A DNA stretch of 64,000 nt. It comes from a virus (taxonomy: Duplodnaviria; Caudoviricetes). Location of the stretch: positions 32,001 to 96,000 of IMG/VR virus record IMGVR_UViG_3300021400_000128; one strand, 5' to 3'. The translations under genes and the position numbers were made by a program. Of the stretch, positions 47,678 through 56,749 are shown in pieces (position 1 is the first letter of the stretch; each line of letters begins with the position of its first letter). The notes beneath the pieces were generated by a model. It was not told the origin of the DNA. It was given only the letters and a program-made list of their open reading frames with translations, and searched no databases.

Positions 47678-48403
47678 TTAGCTTCCTTCCCTTATCTTTG
47701 GCTCATAGTTTTTTTCATTCTCGTCATATTCTTCACGATCAATGAACCTGGTTCCGCATCGTGGACACATCCGCCACTGCGAAGATTGAATGACTGCGCC
47801 GCAGTTGCAGAAACCATTATTTTCTTGAATTTCTTTTTCTGTCATTGTCTCAGAAAAACCGAAGCCTCTTTTTATGATTTGTTCACACCAATTAAAAGAT
47901 ATTGGTTGACCGTCATCAACTAACCAACTCGGATCTTCAAACATCTGATAATATGGTTCAGCATCCGTAATATTGTAGACATTATCATGACCTAATAAAA
48001 ACCAGTTCCCGGTTATACGAACGTTGATTTCCATGACCATTACTCGTTTCGCAAGTCTGCACAACCAGGTAATGAATGATTTCAGTCCTTCTTTAAATGA
48101 CCGATCACGCAGATCGCCTTCTACCACCAGAAAATAGTTACTCTGCATTCGCATCCAGCCATGATTCCTATCCCTATATCCATCCCTATCAAATAGATTG
48201 TTTGTACGATTACCGAATTCGTCATGAGAACAGGAATCTGTGTTACCGCTTCTTTGAATGATATGAACTGTCATATCTCCTTCACTGCCGGATACGATAG
48301 GCAGATGATTCAGTACGGTTTCTAAAACAAAGCGTTTTTCTGCTTGTGTTCTGCCAATCGGCGAAACGGTAATTAATCCGCGGATATGTGTCCAGTAACT
48401 CAT
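47678..48403 (-). CDS. Hypothetical phage protein with a C-terminal Zn ribbon
   Basis: MSYWT...GSEGDM...GDLRDR; CNCG...CPRCG. Confidence 0.7.
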   Translation of the reverse strand: MSYWTHIRGLITVSPIGRTQAEKRFVLETVLNHLPIVSGSEGDMTVHIIQRSGNTDSCSHDEFGNRTNNLFDRDGYRDRNHGWMRMQSNYFLVVEGDLRDRSFKEGLKSFITWLCRLAKRVMVMEINVRITGNWFLLGHDNVYNITDAEPYYQMFEDPSWLVDDGQPISFNWCEQIIKRGFGFSETMTEKEIQENNGFCNCGAVIQSSQWRMCPRCGTRFIDREEYDENEKNYEPKIREGS

Positions 48404-48852
48404 AAGTTATCCCCACCAGTGACGATCTCTTTCATCAACTCGGCAATTTTCTCCAACTCACTTATTTGTTGCTGTTTCTTTTCGTACCGTGCGTACTTCT
48501 CAGGCTCAACAGCATCCCAATCAATCGCCTGACCGCATCGTGAACAGTAATTCGATTTCTGCTGATTGTGCCTTCGCGGTACGTACTGCTCTCCGACGAA
48601 CCATCCGCAAGTAGGGCAGCACCATTCAGCCCATTTGCTGATCCAGGTGTCTCCTGGTTTGTCAATATAATCAGTACCAATAAGTGATTCACCTGTCTTG
48701 AAAATAGGTTCTTTCGGTATCAATCTGTTATCATCTTGCAACACGTGATACTGATTATCTAATTTTGGCAAATCAACATAAATACAATCCATCTCATTGA
48801 CTTCAGGATATTTAATTGCTATTGCATTCGCGTCAATCAATCTGTAACTCAT
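48400..48852 (-). CDS. Zn-ribbon protein
   Basis: RLIDA start; CPTCG...YCSRCGQAIDW. Confidence 0.7.
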   Translation of the reverse strand: MSYRLIDANAIAIKYPEVNEMDCIYVDLPKLDNQYHVLQDDNRLIPKEPIFKTGESLIGTDYIDKPGDTWISKWAEWCCPTCGWFVGEQYVPRRHNQQKSNYCSRCGQAIDWDAVEPEKYARYEKKQQQISELEKIAELMKEIVTGGDNL

Positions 48853-48901
48853 TACTTGTTTCCTTTTTTCTTACATAAAATAAAAATCCATTGCACTTGT
48901 C

Positions 48902-49231
48902 TTATTTTTCATTGTCAGCTCCGTTATAACTTCCGCAGTTCGGGCAGTACGAAAAATCTGTGAAGTAATACTGATACGGAGCGGTCATATACTTCCCACA
49001 CACAGAACATCTTGCTGACTGCCAGACTGGAATTTCATAATCCGCATTGTCAAAAGTTTCCTTTTCCATCCACTTTCCTTTCTTCCGCTCTGGCTCTACG
49101 GATGGCAATGTTTGCACCAGTTTTCTCACACCGCTGGCGGCACCCCCAAGGTCGCCATACAGGCCTCTTAATGTTTCTGCTCTCGAAGTCAATAAATTAA
49201 TTATCGTTTGCCTATCTATACAATCACTCAT
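48902..49231 (-). CDS. Zn-ribbon protein (MSD-x-I-x-RQ family)
   Basis: LPSVEPERKKGKW...CSVCG...YCPNCG. Confidence 0.7.
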   Translation of the reverse strand: MSDCIDRQTIINLLTSRAETLRGLYGDLGGAASGVRKLVQTLPSVEPERKKGKWMEKETFDNADYEIPVWQSARCSVCGKYMTAPYQYYFTDFSYCPNCGSYNGADNEK

Positions 49232-49406
49232 TCCAACTCCGATCTAACTTTGCACCGCAATGTGAACAATAAGAATCACAACTAAAAACTTTTTTCTTGC
49301 AATACTAAATTCTCTGGTATCTTCACTAATATATTCACCACACTCAAATAAATGTGTAAACATTATTTTTTTTTGCGCGTCTATTGCGTCCTGTCTGCCT
49401 ATAAGG

Positions 49407-49766
49407 TCACTCATAATTAGCTTTCTCTAAATCCATATATCCACATTTATCCATCATATCCGCTCCGCAGTGGTAACAATAGTAAAAATTGTGATTCCCG
49501 ATATCTGAGTTTTCTAAAACTGCATGACATTCAGAGCACTCCCAACAATCTTCATCTTTTCGGCGTTGCCACCTTCCCTTCTTTCGATCTGCGGAAGCTA
49601 AATTATTAATTGCTTTTATCGCATCGTCCAGCCCTTTGTTGTACTGTGTGAACGGATTACCTTCACTAACATAACCGTTACTATTTCCTTTGTAGGCAGT
49701 CATGTAAACCTTCTCAAATTCGATTGCTTCAACAGCATCATTTCTATCAATCAAATCACTCATCAT
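49407..49766 (-). CDS. Zn-ribbon protein (MSDLIDR family)
   Basis: RKKGRW...CSEC...YCYHCGADM. Confidence 0.7.
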   Translation of the reverse strand: MMSDLIDRNDAVEAIEFEKVYMTAYKGNSNGYVSEGNPFTQYNKGLDDAIKAINNLASADRKKGRWQRRKDEDCWECSECHAVLENSDIGNHNFYYCYHCGADMMDKCGYMDLEKANYE

Positions 49767-50143
49767 TTACTTCTCCAAGGTTCTGGTAACGGCATCCATG
49801 CGAGTACATTCACATTATGTGCGTCACAGTCACCATCATGCGCACACCACCATGCACTCTGATTCCAACTAATATACCCGACAGAGATAAATGAATTCTG
49901 GTTATATTTTTTATCTAATCTACGGATTGTCAACAGTACAAACTCTCCATCTTTCGGCAATGCTTCAGTAACAGAAATCCACTTCCGCTCCGGCTCTGCG
50001 GATGGCAAGGCTTTCAATGCTTCTACTGCTGGTTTTGCATCAAAACCTTCCGGGATGGAACAGCCATATGTTTCAATGTCTTCCGTTTCCAACCGATACA
50101 TTGCATCTATCGCATCCTGTCTCCGAATCAAATCACCATTCAT
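49763..50143 (-). CDS. DUF551-like protein
   Basis: DLIRRQDAI...WISVTEALP...VLAWMPLPEPW. Confidence 0.75.
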   Translation of the reverse strand: MNGDLIRRQDAIDAMYRLETEDIETYGCSIPEGFDAKPAVEALKALPSAEPERKWISVTEALPKDGEFVLLTIRRLDKKYNQNSFISVGYISWNQSAWWCAHDGDCDAHNVNVLAWMPLPEPWRSK

Positions 50144-50471
50144 ACTGCACATCCTCCTTGCAAATATCGTCTACTCTGACGATCCAGACAGGAAACCAAC
50201 CTTTACCATAATTCGGCTTTTCCTGACCGACTTCAGCCACATACCCTGAAGCTCTTTCGCCATCATACCACCCACAATAATATCGACACCAACCATCTTT
50301 GATTTCTGCTTTTGGATTTATGTCCACATTAGGTATATTATTCAGACAATCTTCGCCTACGATATAACCAATCACAGCTCTTTTTTCACGGCAAACATCT
50401 TTAGAAACGACGTAAATACTACCTTCATCAAAATCTACCAATACACCCCATGTGAATTTTCTGTTACTCAT
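50133..50471 (-). CDS. Hypothetical protein
   Basis: ORF overlapping its neighbours in the operon. Confidence 0.6.
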   Translation of the reverse strand: MSNRKFTWGVLVDFDEGSIYVVSKDVCREKRAVIGYIVGEDCLNNIPNVDINPKAEIKDGWCRYYCGWYDGERASGYVAEVGQEKPNYGKGWFPVWIVRVDDICKEDVQYEW

Positions 50472-50667
50472 TACTCACTCCAATAAAACCAAAAATTTCA
50501 GCACAAATGCATTTCGATGATGGACAAATATATTGGTAATGATTTTCTAAATCACATGAACCTATATGAGTACCAATTTCACTTCTATCTATTGTGTTTT
50601 TCCCACTAAAATATGGACAATTACAAATATATTCATCAATTTTTTTGTTATCCATACAGTCTTCCAT
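50464..50667 (-). CDS. Small Cys-rich protein
   Basis: GAGGA RBS before MEDCM. Confidence 0.5.
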   Translation of the reverse strand: MEDCMDNKKIDEYICNCPYFSGKNTIDRSEIGTHIGSCDLENHYQYICPSSKCICAEIFGFIGVSNE

Positions 50668-50678
50668 CTCAGCATTCC

Positions 50679-50960
50679 TCAACCAGCGTCTTCATCGTCA
50701 CTCCAATCCAGTTTTACTCCGCACACCGGGCAAAAATTGACTTGAGCACCATCATAAAATCGTCTGAGATAAAATCCGCATTCGCATTTATACACTTGAA
50801 ATCCAAGATAATTCGCTTTCACTGTTCGCTTTTCAGGGTCTATGGTAGGCGCGTTTTCAATCTCTCGCCATACGTCCTTATTAGAAAAATCTTGGTCATC
50901 GTGAACATTCCACAGTTCTTCCAATTCCTCTTTCAATGCGTCAGCGTCAATTAACCTCAT
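50679..50960 (-). CDS. MRLIDADAL-family Zn-ribbon protein
   Basis: MRLIDADAL...APTID...FCPVCGVKLDW. Confidence 0.7.
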   Translation of the reverse strand: MRLIDADALKEELEELWNVHDDQDFSNKDVWREIENAPTIDPEKRTVKANYLGFQVYKCECGFYLRRFYDGAQVNFCPVCGVKLDWSDDEDAG

Positions 50961-51129
50961 CTGACAGCTCCTTACTCTCTATTATTTCTTCTGGATCAGG
51001 ATCCATAAGAGCGCCACAATTAGGACAATACAGTGACTTTTCTTCTGGCGTGTCGTACTCAAATCCGCATTCCGAGCAACGGTTGTAACCGTAATCGTCT
51101 TCTATCCATTCGCCAAATTGAATATCCAT
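50947..51129 (-). CDS. Small Zn-ribbon protein
   Basis: GEWI...CSECG...YCPNCGALM. Confidence 0.65.
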   Translation of the reverse strand: MDIQFGEWIEDDYGYNRCSECGFEYDTPEEKSLYCPNCGALMDPDPEEIIESKELSDEVN

Positions 51130-51130
51130 C

Positions 51131-51730
51131 TCAGCACTCCTCAATCATCTCCGTCGTTTCGCTAAACTCGCCACCCGAATTTTCTATCTTTGCATAAATG
51201 TCGCAATAAGTACAATCAAAGTAATCGTCCACTTTTTCAAGAAACCATGGTTGTTTTTCTAATTCTGGGCCACCGTAATAATTCCAATTCAAGCCTCCGA
51301 TTCGTGCATGAATATACAGAACATCGTCGCGGCCACAGTATTTATTCCAAACATTCCACTGCGCTCTTACTCTTTTATCTGCTTTTTTAAAAGCATATCT
51401 AAACATTTTGCGTTTTCTGCCGTGAACAGATTTCCATTTAACGTCTACCGTTTCACCATCTCGGCGGAATAAATACTTTTTAATAATTCGATCAGTTCGA
51501 CCTGATAATTCAAAACCGTTAGGGTCCAGCGAAACAAAATCTGATTGACAAAAATCCTCACAAAACATTAAAGCACGATAGTTAATCAAATCTTGTATTT
51601 CTTTTTCTGTCAGAGGTTTTTCATTTGTCATAAGACGCAGACCGCGAAGTCTCGGAACATCAATATTGTTATTCGTCATTACTGGTTCGAGATCTTCAAT
51701 TTGAGCATAAGCACCTAAATCCATAATCAT
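51131..51730 (-). CDS. Hypothetical phage protein
   Basis: MDLGAYAQI...VPRLRGLRLM...YIHARIGG...DCTYCDIYAKI. Confidence 0.7.
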   Translation of the reverse strand: MIMDLGAYAQIEDLEPVMTNNNIDVPRLRGLRLMTNEKPLTEKEIQDLINYRALMFCEDFCQSDFVSLDPNGFELSGRTDRIIKKYLFRRDGETVDVKWKSVHGRKRKMFRYAFKKADKRVRAQWNVWNKYCGRDDVLYIHARIGGLNWNYYGGPELEKQPWFLEKVDDYFDCTYCDIYAKIENSGGEFSETTEMIEEC

Positions 51731-52065
51731 TCCTCTTTCGATTCTAATATTTTTAGTGCGGATTTTGGCCATCTTGTATCCTCATTCCAACCGTGATACC
51801 CTTTTGGTTGATAGCATTCGATTTCTTCACCATCAAAGTGAAGAACAGGTGTCGCCCAAGTGGAAGCAAGATAAGTGGCACTTTTTACTGGTCTACCATT
51901 TTCATAGATAGTTCCGCCAGTCCAAAACCAATCTTCAGCCAATCCGGCACTTGCCGTTTCCGGTTTTCTCTCTTTTATGATTTTCGCCGCTTTATCCCAA
52001 TCAAAGACTTTCCCATTTCCGTAAGGTGTTGATTGATTTATTTCAATCTCTTTTAATAAAGCCAT
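51727..52065 (-). CDS. Hypothetical phage protein
   Basis: VFDWDKAA...AGLAEDW..TGG...LASTWATP. Confidence 0.7.
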   Translation of the reverse strand: MALLKEIEINQSTPYGNGKVFDWDKAAKIIKERKPETASAGLAEDWFWTGGTIYENGRPVKSATYLASTWATPVLHFDGEEIECYQPKGYHGWNEDTRWPKSALKILESKEE

Positions 52066-52411
52066 TTTCCACTACCCTTTCTTTTTTATATGCAAGCCAC
52101 GTTTTCCCGTAATTAGCAGCATAAAACAATCTTGGATCAGTCAAAATTCCTTCAATAAAAGATTGTCTGATAACTACCCAGCCGCAATGTTTCTTTCCGA
52201 TACTTTGAGATTCTATCCAGATAGGTTTTCCGACCATCTGTTGAAGTTCTTCATATTCAAGTGGCTCGTTTTCAACATTTTCAAGCATTTCTCGATACTC
52301 TGTCAGATAGTGGATCGTATCTGACAGCTCATTTTCATGCAGCTTAATCATTTGGTCATCATCAGGCTGCAAATCAGACAACCATGTGATTATTTCAGTT
52401 AAAGATTTCAT
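52043..52411 (-). CDS. Hypothetical protein
   Basis: PLEYEELQQMVGKPIWI...YGKTWLAY. Confidence 0.65.
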   Translation of the reverse strand: MKSLTEIITWLSDLQPDDDQMIKLHENELSDTIHYLTEYREMLENVENEPLEYEELQQMVGKPIWIESQSIGKKHCGWVVIRQSFIEGILTDPRLFYAANYGKTWLAYKKERVVENGFIKRD

Positions 52412-52617
52412 TCATGACCACCGTTCCGCTCTGCGTAATACTGTCGGAGCTCATTCGTTAGTCCCAATACCATGACGATCTCGTTCCATTCATTAGAGCG
52501 TTTTTTGAGTTTTCCATATTCAGCATCATCAGAAGCGTTCTCAATAGCATCATTCGCTTTGACGGCCATCTTGAAAAGGCGTTTCTTTGCACCATCGCTA
52601 ATCACTGCATAAGTCAT
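52408..52617 (-). CDS. Hypothetical protein
   Basis: ORF with ATGA overlaps. Confidence 0.6.
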   Translation of the reverse strand: MTYAVISDGAKKRLFKMAVKANDAIENASDDAEYGKLKKRSNEWNEIVMVLGLTNELRQYYAERNGGHE

Positions 52618-52859
52618 TTATTTTTTTCCTCATCGTCCACTTTCATCACGATATCCTCACCGAAAACGACGTTCAAACCGGAGCCATTATCCCAATGAAC
52701 CAGGATTGAGCCGATATCGTCAACGCCATGTACCGTTCCTAATGTTCCCATCGGAGGAGCCTGTACATCATTCATGTGGATAAGCTTCACACGGCAGCCG
52801 ACCGGATAGATTTTGCGCAGTGTCGCGATTACGTCAGGGTGAATATTATTGAATTTCAT
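52614..52859 (-). CDS. DUF4314 protein
   Basis: YPVGCRVKL..MND...GTV..VDDIGSI.V.WDNGSGL. Confidence 0.85.
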   Translation of the reverse strand: MKFNNIHPDVIATLRKIYPVGCRVKLIHMNDVQAPPMGTLGTVHGVDDIGSILVHWDNGSGLNVVFGEDIVMKVDDEEKNK

Positions 52860-52925
52860 TTGAGATTCCTTTTTTTAAACAGGTCGGGCGGATTTTTTCA
52901 CCGCCCAGACCTTTATCAATCCTTA

Positions 52926-53849
52926 TTATGCTTCAGCGTTCACCATGGCATATACCTTATCCAGGAGCGGGTGACCGTTCGTTACCTTATCGAAAAGGTT
53001 TCCGAAGTAGGAATCTGTCATTCTCAATGGTTCTGTGTGGCTTACCATGTCACTGACCGCATTCACAACACCGAAAGCCGTACCCCTGAAGTTGGCAATA
53101 TCATCAGCGTTATAACAGCGTTTCAGCTGTTCCCGCTGATAAAAAGCGTTTCTCAGTTCTCGTTCACTTGCATCCTTACTGACCGGGAAAAGTTCTTCCC
53201 AGAATTTCTGGATCTTTTCGTTTGAGATTTTGATTCTGGCAAGGCGGACATAATCCTCATTTACTTCCGTGAAGTAATCCTCAGACAATTTCAGCGTTCT
53301 GTCAGCTTCTTTAATCTTTCCCTCAATATCACCGGTGTGACGAATCGAGAAGGAGCGATACGCATCCTTCACAGCAAGATTCAGTGTATTCTGACAAATT
53401 ACGCGGATCGGGGTCACGCAAACCTTTACCGCACCTTTTCCATCAAAGGAATTTTTGAAAATCAGGTAATGATGATACCAATCTCCCATCACCTGTTTCG
53501 GTTCCAGACTTGCCTGCAGCCAGATGGTTTTCCAGTCATTGCAGCTTCCGGCATTTTCGTATGTACATCCACGACCGATCAACCCGTCAGTGAATGCAAA
53601 CGCATCCGTATTTTGCACGATCTTGTACCGATCAGTGACCATTCCAAGAACTTTTCCATCATTGGATTTCCGATTAACCCGGTATCCTTTGATATGGTTC
53701 CCTTGAACATCAAACACAGGTTCCTGAAGCACCTCGAAATCAAGGTGAGCAGCTTTCAGCGCATCAGCAGAAGTCAGTGCGTCATTCACAATCGTCGCAT
53801 TGGTGCGGGCGAAAATACTCGGGCGGGTGGAATAAAAACTTGTAAACAT
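52926..53849 (-). CDS. DUF932/DUF945 family protein
   Basis: LGMVTDRYKIVQNTDAF...NSFDGK...TPIRVICQNTL...RHTG...RGTAFG..NAV. Confidence 0.88.
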   Translation of the reverse strand: MFTSFYSTRPSIFARTNATIVNDALTSADALKAAHLDFEVLQEPVFDVQGNHIKGYRVNRKSNDGKVLGMVTDRYKIVQNTDAFAFTDGLIGRGCTYENAGSCNDWKTIWLQASLEPKQVMGDWYHHYLIFKNSFDGKGAVKVCVTPIRVICQNTLNLAVKDAYRSFSIRHTGDIEGKIKEADRTLKLSEDYFTEVNEDYVRLARIKISNEKIQKFWEELFPVSKDASERELRNAFYQREQLKRCYNADDIANFRGTAFGVVNAVSDMVSHTEPLRMTDSYFGNLFDKVTNGHPLLDKVYAMVNAEA

Positions 53850-53926
53850 GTCATTCTCCTTATATTTTTACTTCAGATTATTTGATTACGATATCTTGTA
53901 CATGGATGGGAATAATATTATTCCTT

Positions 53927-54061
53927 TTAAAAAATCTCAACGCTTGCATAATCGGCGACATCAATATCGCCGTCAGGATATTTCACCACAACACAAGGAT
54001 CGCCGTTTTCGATAATGTATTCCAGGATTGAAACTTTTTCACCGTCAAGATAAGTGCTCAT
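53927..54061 (-). CDS. 44-aa acidic early protein
   Basis: Manual translation MSTYLDGEKVSILEYIIENGDPCVVVKYPDGDIDVADYASVEIF; CGGAGG RBS. Confidence 0.65.
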   Translation of the reverse strand: MSTYLDGEKVSILEYIIENGDPCVVVKYPDGDIDVADYASVEIF

Positions 54062-54067
54062 TTGTTG

Positions 54068-54163
54068 CCTCCGTTATTTTTAGTCTTGCTTTTTTCAACT
54101 TACATTACTTATTATACGCGCTTTTATTTAATTGTCAATGTATTTAATCATTTTTATTACATT
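54068..54163 (-). promoter_or_regulatory. Early promoter cassette 6
   Basis: AATGT-N17-ACATTGACA-N16-TATAAT...ATGTAAGTTGA...ACGGAGG. Confidence 0.85.
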
Positions 54164-54176
54164 TCAACTTATTTTT

Positions 54177-54199
54177 TAACCGGGAATTTCACCCGGTTA
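54177..54199 (-). terminator. Hairpin after the 33-aa peptide gene
   Basis: TAACCGGG-tgaaatt-CCCGGTTA; no U-tract on the minus strand. Confidence 0.5.
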
Positions 54200-54202
54200 T
54201 TA

Positions 54203-54304
54203 TTACATATGACGAATTATGGTATCAATCACCAGATACAGAGCATACAAGGCAACCAGTGAAGCAATCGCACCGATAAATTCTGAAATAATCGTAAAAA
54301 ACAT
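54203..54304 (-). CDS. 33-aa single-TM peptide MFFTIISEFIGAIASLVALYALYLVIDTIIRHM
   Basis: Manual translation; own promoter cassette and CGGAGG RBS. Confidence 0.65.
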   Translation of the reverse strand: MFFTIISEFIGAIASLVALYALYLVIDTIIRHM

Positions 54305-54309
54305 TGTGA

Positions 54310-54399
54310 CCTCCGTTGTTTTTTATTCAATCAACTTACATTATTTATTATATTCAGCATTATATATTTGTCAATGTTTATGTTTATTTTCATTACATT
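54310..54399 (-). promoter_or_regulatory. Early promoter cassette 7
   Basis: AATGT-N17-ACATTGACA-N16-TATAAT...ATGTAAGTTGA...ACGGAGG. Confidence 0.85.
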
Positions 54400-54428
54400 T
54401 AATAATTGTTTCTATTTTACATTTAACA

Positions 54429-54468
54429 AAAAATGCGCCTTGAAAAATTAACATCAGGACGCATTTTG
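54429..54468 (-). terminator. Terminator ending the ParB/methyltransferase operon
   Basis: AAAATGCGTCCTGA...TCAAGGCGCATTTTT. Confidence 0.6.
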
Positions 54469-54553
54469 AAGGACATTTTGTGTTTGATATATTGTTTATT
54501 GGTTTTGATATTTCAATAGCTTTATTTTTAATCCTGTGCGCTCCAGTTGGGTC

Positions 54554-55147
54554 TTAACCGATTATGTGGATACGTCCACACTTTGGGCACTTGCTGTAAA
54601 CAGGCTGCTTAATCGGTGCCGATACATTCTCAGGATCGTTGGTCATCGGTTTGTTCATTTGTTGTGAAGTCTGCACAGTTCTTGCTTCATGTTCCTGGGC
54701 GGTTTCAGCTGGTGCATCGTCATAGACTTCCGTCAGATATCCGGTATTGGTTGGAGCTGTTGTCTGCGGTTTGAAGGATGGCGCGAATCCGAACATTGCC
54801 ATATCGAAGTTCATGCTTTCCAGTTCCCGTTTTTCTACTGCAAGTTTTTCGGCATCCCATGTAGCAAATTCTGCTGTCCGGTTATCAGCGATCCGGTATG
54901 CTCTGATCTGTTCATCTGTCAGGTCATCCGCACGAACACAGGGAACGGTCTTCATATGGAGCTTTATCGCTGCCTTCAGTCGTGTATGTCCAGCAACGAT
55001 CTCATTATTCGCGTCAATGACAATCGGCTGTTTGAATCCGAATTCTTTTATACTGTTTGCTACATAATTCACCGCAGCGTCATTTCTGCGTGGATTTTTG
55101 ATATATCCGAACAATTCATCTACCGGGATTTCTTCTATTTCCATCAT
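54554..55147 (-). CDS. ParB/Srx N-terminal domain protein with a C-terminal Zn knuckle
   Basis: NPRRND...SIKEFGFKQPIVID...VAGHTR...YRIADNR; CPKCG. Confidence 0.88.
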   Translation of the reverse strand: MMEIEEIPVDELFGYIKNPRRNDAAVNYVANSIKEFGFKQPIVIDANNEIVAGHTRLKAAIKLHMKTVPCVRADDLTDEQIRAYRIADNRTAEFATWDAEKLAVEKRELESMNFDMAMFGFAPSFKPQTTAPTNTGYLTEVYDDAPAETAQEHEARTVQTSQQMNKPMTNDPENVSAPIKQPVYSKCPKCGRIHIIG

Positions 55148-56184
55148 TTCAGCCTCCGGAGCCATTGATCATATACTTGAGAGGATATCTGTGCCATCAT
55201 GACAGGCGGAACGCTCATTCCGCAAATGTATTTTGGAGATTGGTTTAAGAAGTTATAATCTTCTGGAAATGTCTGCATGTGGATAATATCCGTATCACTG
55301 ATATTTTTACCATCATACATTCTCGCCATACTTCCTGAGGCTGCAAGTGTCGGAGCAACATCGTTATCCGCAATTACACCATATTGAAAGCTCGTTTCTT
55401 TTTGGTTATTGTTTTTCATAATAGAAGATATATCCTTATCGCCAGGTTTTCTAACCATCAGGCGCATTTTTGATATTGCGTTTTCATTAGCCCATTCTTT
55501 TCCCGATTCGCTCCGTATTTCTTTAAACAGGATCGGCGGTTCATTGAAGGATAATTTTAATTTCGGAAGGTCAATATCATTTCTATGAGCAATGAAGAAC
55601 ACTCTTTCACGTCTCTGCGGTACTCCCATTTTCGCGGCATTCAGTTTAAATAACTGCACTGTATATCCCGCTTCATGATAAGCTTTGATGATTTCATTTA
55701 CGTATCCTTTGGCGTTTCCTGCAAGTAATCCTGTGACGTTCTCCGCAATACTGACCTTTGGCTTCAGCTGGTCGATCAGTTTGATAAACCAGAAGAATAG
55801 ATCGTCTAACCGCTGCATTTTCTGACCTTCCCGGAATTGCTTTTCTACATTCCACCCTTCTTCACGTTTTCCCGCCTGACTGAAGACGCTGCAGGGCGGA
55901 GAACCGTCCAGAATGTCCAAATCATATAATTCAGCGGGCTTTTCTTTATCCAGAAAATCACGGATATCCATCAAAAACGGGTATTTTGGATGATGATTCA
56001 CCTGATATACTTTCATTACACTGGAATCGATCTCACAATTACCGAGTAATTCATATCCGGCTAATTTGTATCCCATAGAGCTCCCCCCCCCGCAAGAGAA
56101 ACATGAAAAGACAGTACAGCCGTTCTTTTTCACATTTGCAAGATCTGTAAGGTTCCATTTCCACGGAAATTTATGTTCAGTCAT
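55144..56184 (-). CDS. C5 cytosine DNA methyltransferase
   Basis: FSCGGG, GSPPCS, AENV, GVPQRRERVF, QTFP, GMSVPP. Confidence 0.92.
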   Translation of the reverse strand: MTEHKFPWKWNLTDLANVKKNGCTVFSCFSCGGGSSMGYKLAGYELLGNCEIDSSVMKVYQVNHHPKYPFLMDIRDFLDKEKPAELYDLDILDGSPPCSVFSQAGKREEGWNVEKQFREGQKMQRLDDLFFWFIKLIDQLKPKVSIAENVTGLLAGNAKGYVNEIIKAYHEAGYTVQLFKLNAAKMGVPQRRERVFFIAHRNDIDLPKLKLSFNEPPILFKEIRSESGKEWANENAISKMRLMVRKPGDKDISSIMKNNNQKETSFQYGVIADNDVAPTLAASGSMARMYDGKNISDTDIIHMQTFPEDYNFLNQSPKYICGMSVPPVMMAQISSQVYDQWLRRLK

Positions 56185-56749
56185 TGTACCGGAATCCGCA
56201 GTAAGGGCATTGCCGTTCAAATTGTTCGTCTGCATAGTCATCTAAGTCAATCTCCTCATTGTCGTTTATTTTACTGATTGGTTCTGTTGGTCTTGTATGG
56301 ATCGGTATTTCTTCATTGCTATCATATTCTGAATCATCGGAATATGTCTGATCGATTGGCAATGGTTCCGGGTCCTGAGTGATAATACCGAACCCAAAAC
56401 TGTTCATATCAAAACCAACGTTTTGAAGCTCTTTCATTTCGATACTGAGCTTTTCAAAGTCCCAACCGGATTGTTCCTTCACCTTGTTATCCGCTAATCT
56501 GTATGCTTTGATCTGCTCATCGGTAAGGTCATCTGCCATCACACATGGCACTGTAGTCAGTCCGAGTTTCTTTGCGGCAAGAAGACGGGTATGTCCTGCG
56601 ACAATAACATAATCCTTATCTATTACGATAGGCTGCTTAAAACCAAATTCCTTGATTGACGCAGCAACATATTTCACCGCCGGAAGGTTGTTCCGTGGAT
56701 TGTTTTCATACATTTTCAGTTTCTCAACCGGTATCTCTATTATTTCCAT
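56177..56749 (-). CDS. ParB/Srx N-terminal domain protein with a C-terminal Zn knuckle
   Basis: YENNPRNN...SIKEFGF...AGHTR...YRLADNK; CPYCG. Confidence 0.88.
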   Translation of the reverse strand: MEIIEIPVEKLKMYENNPRNNLPAVKYVAASIKEFGFKQPIVIDKDYVIVAGHTRLLAAKKLGLTTVPCVMADDLTDEQIKAYRLADNKVKEQSGWDFEKLSIEMKELQNVGFDMNSFGFGIITQDPEPLPIDQTYSDDSEYDSNEEIPIHTRPTEPISKINDNEEIDLDDYADEQFERQCPYCGFRYND

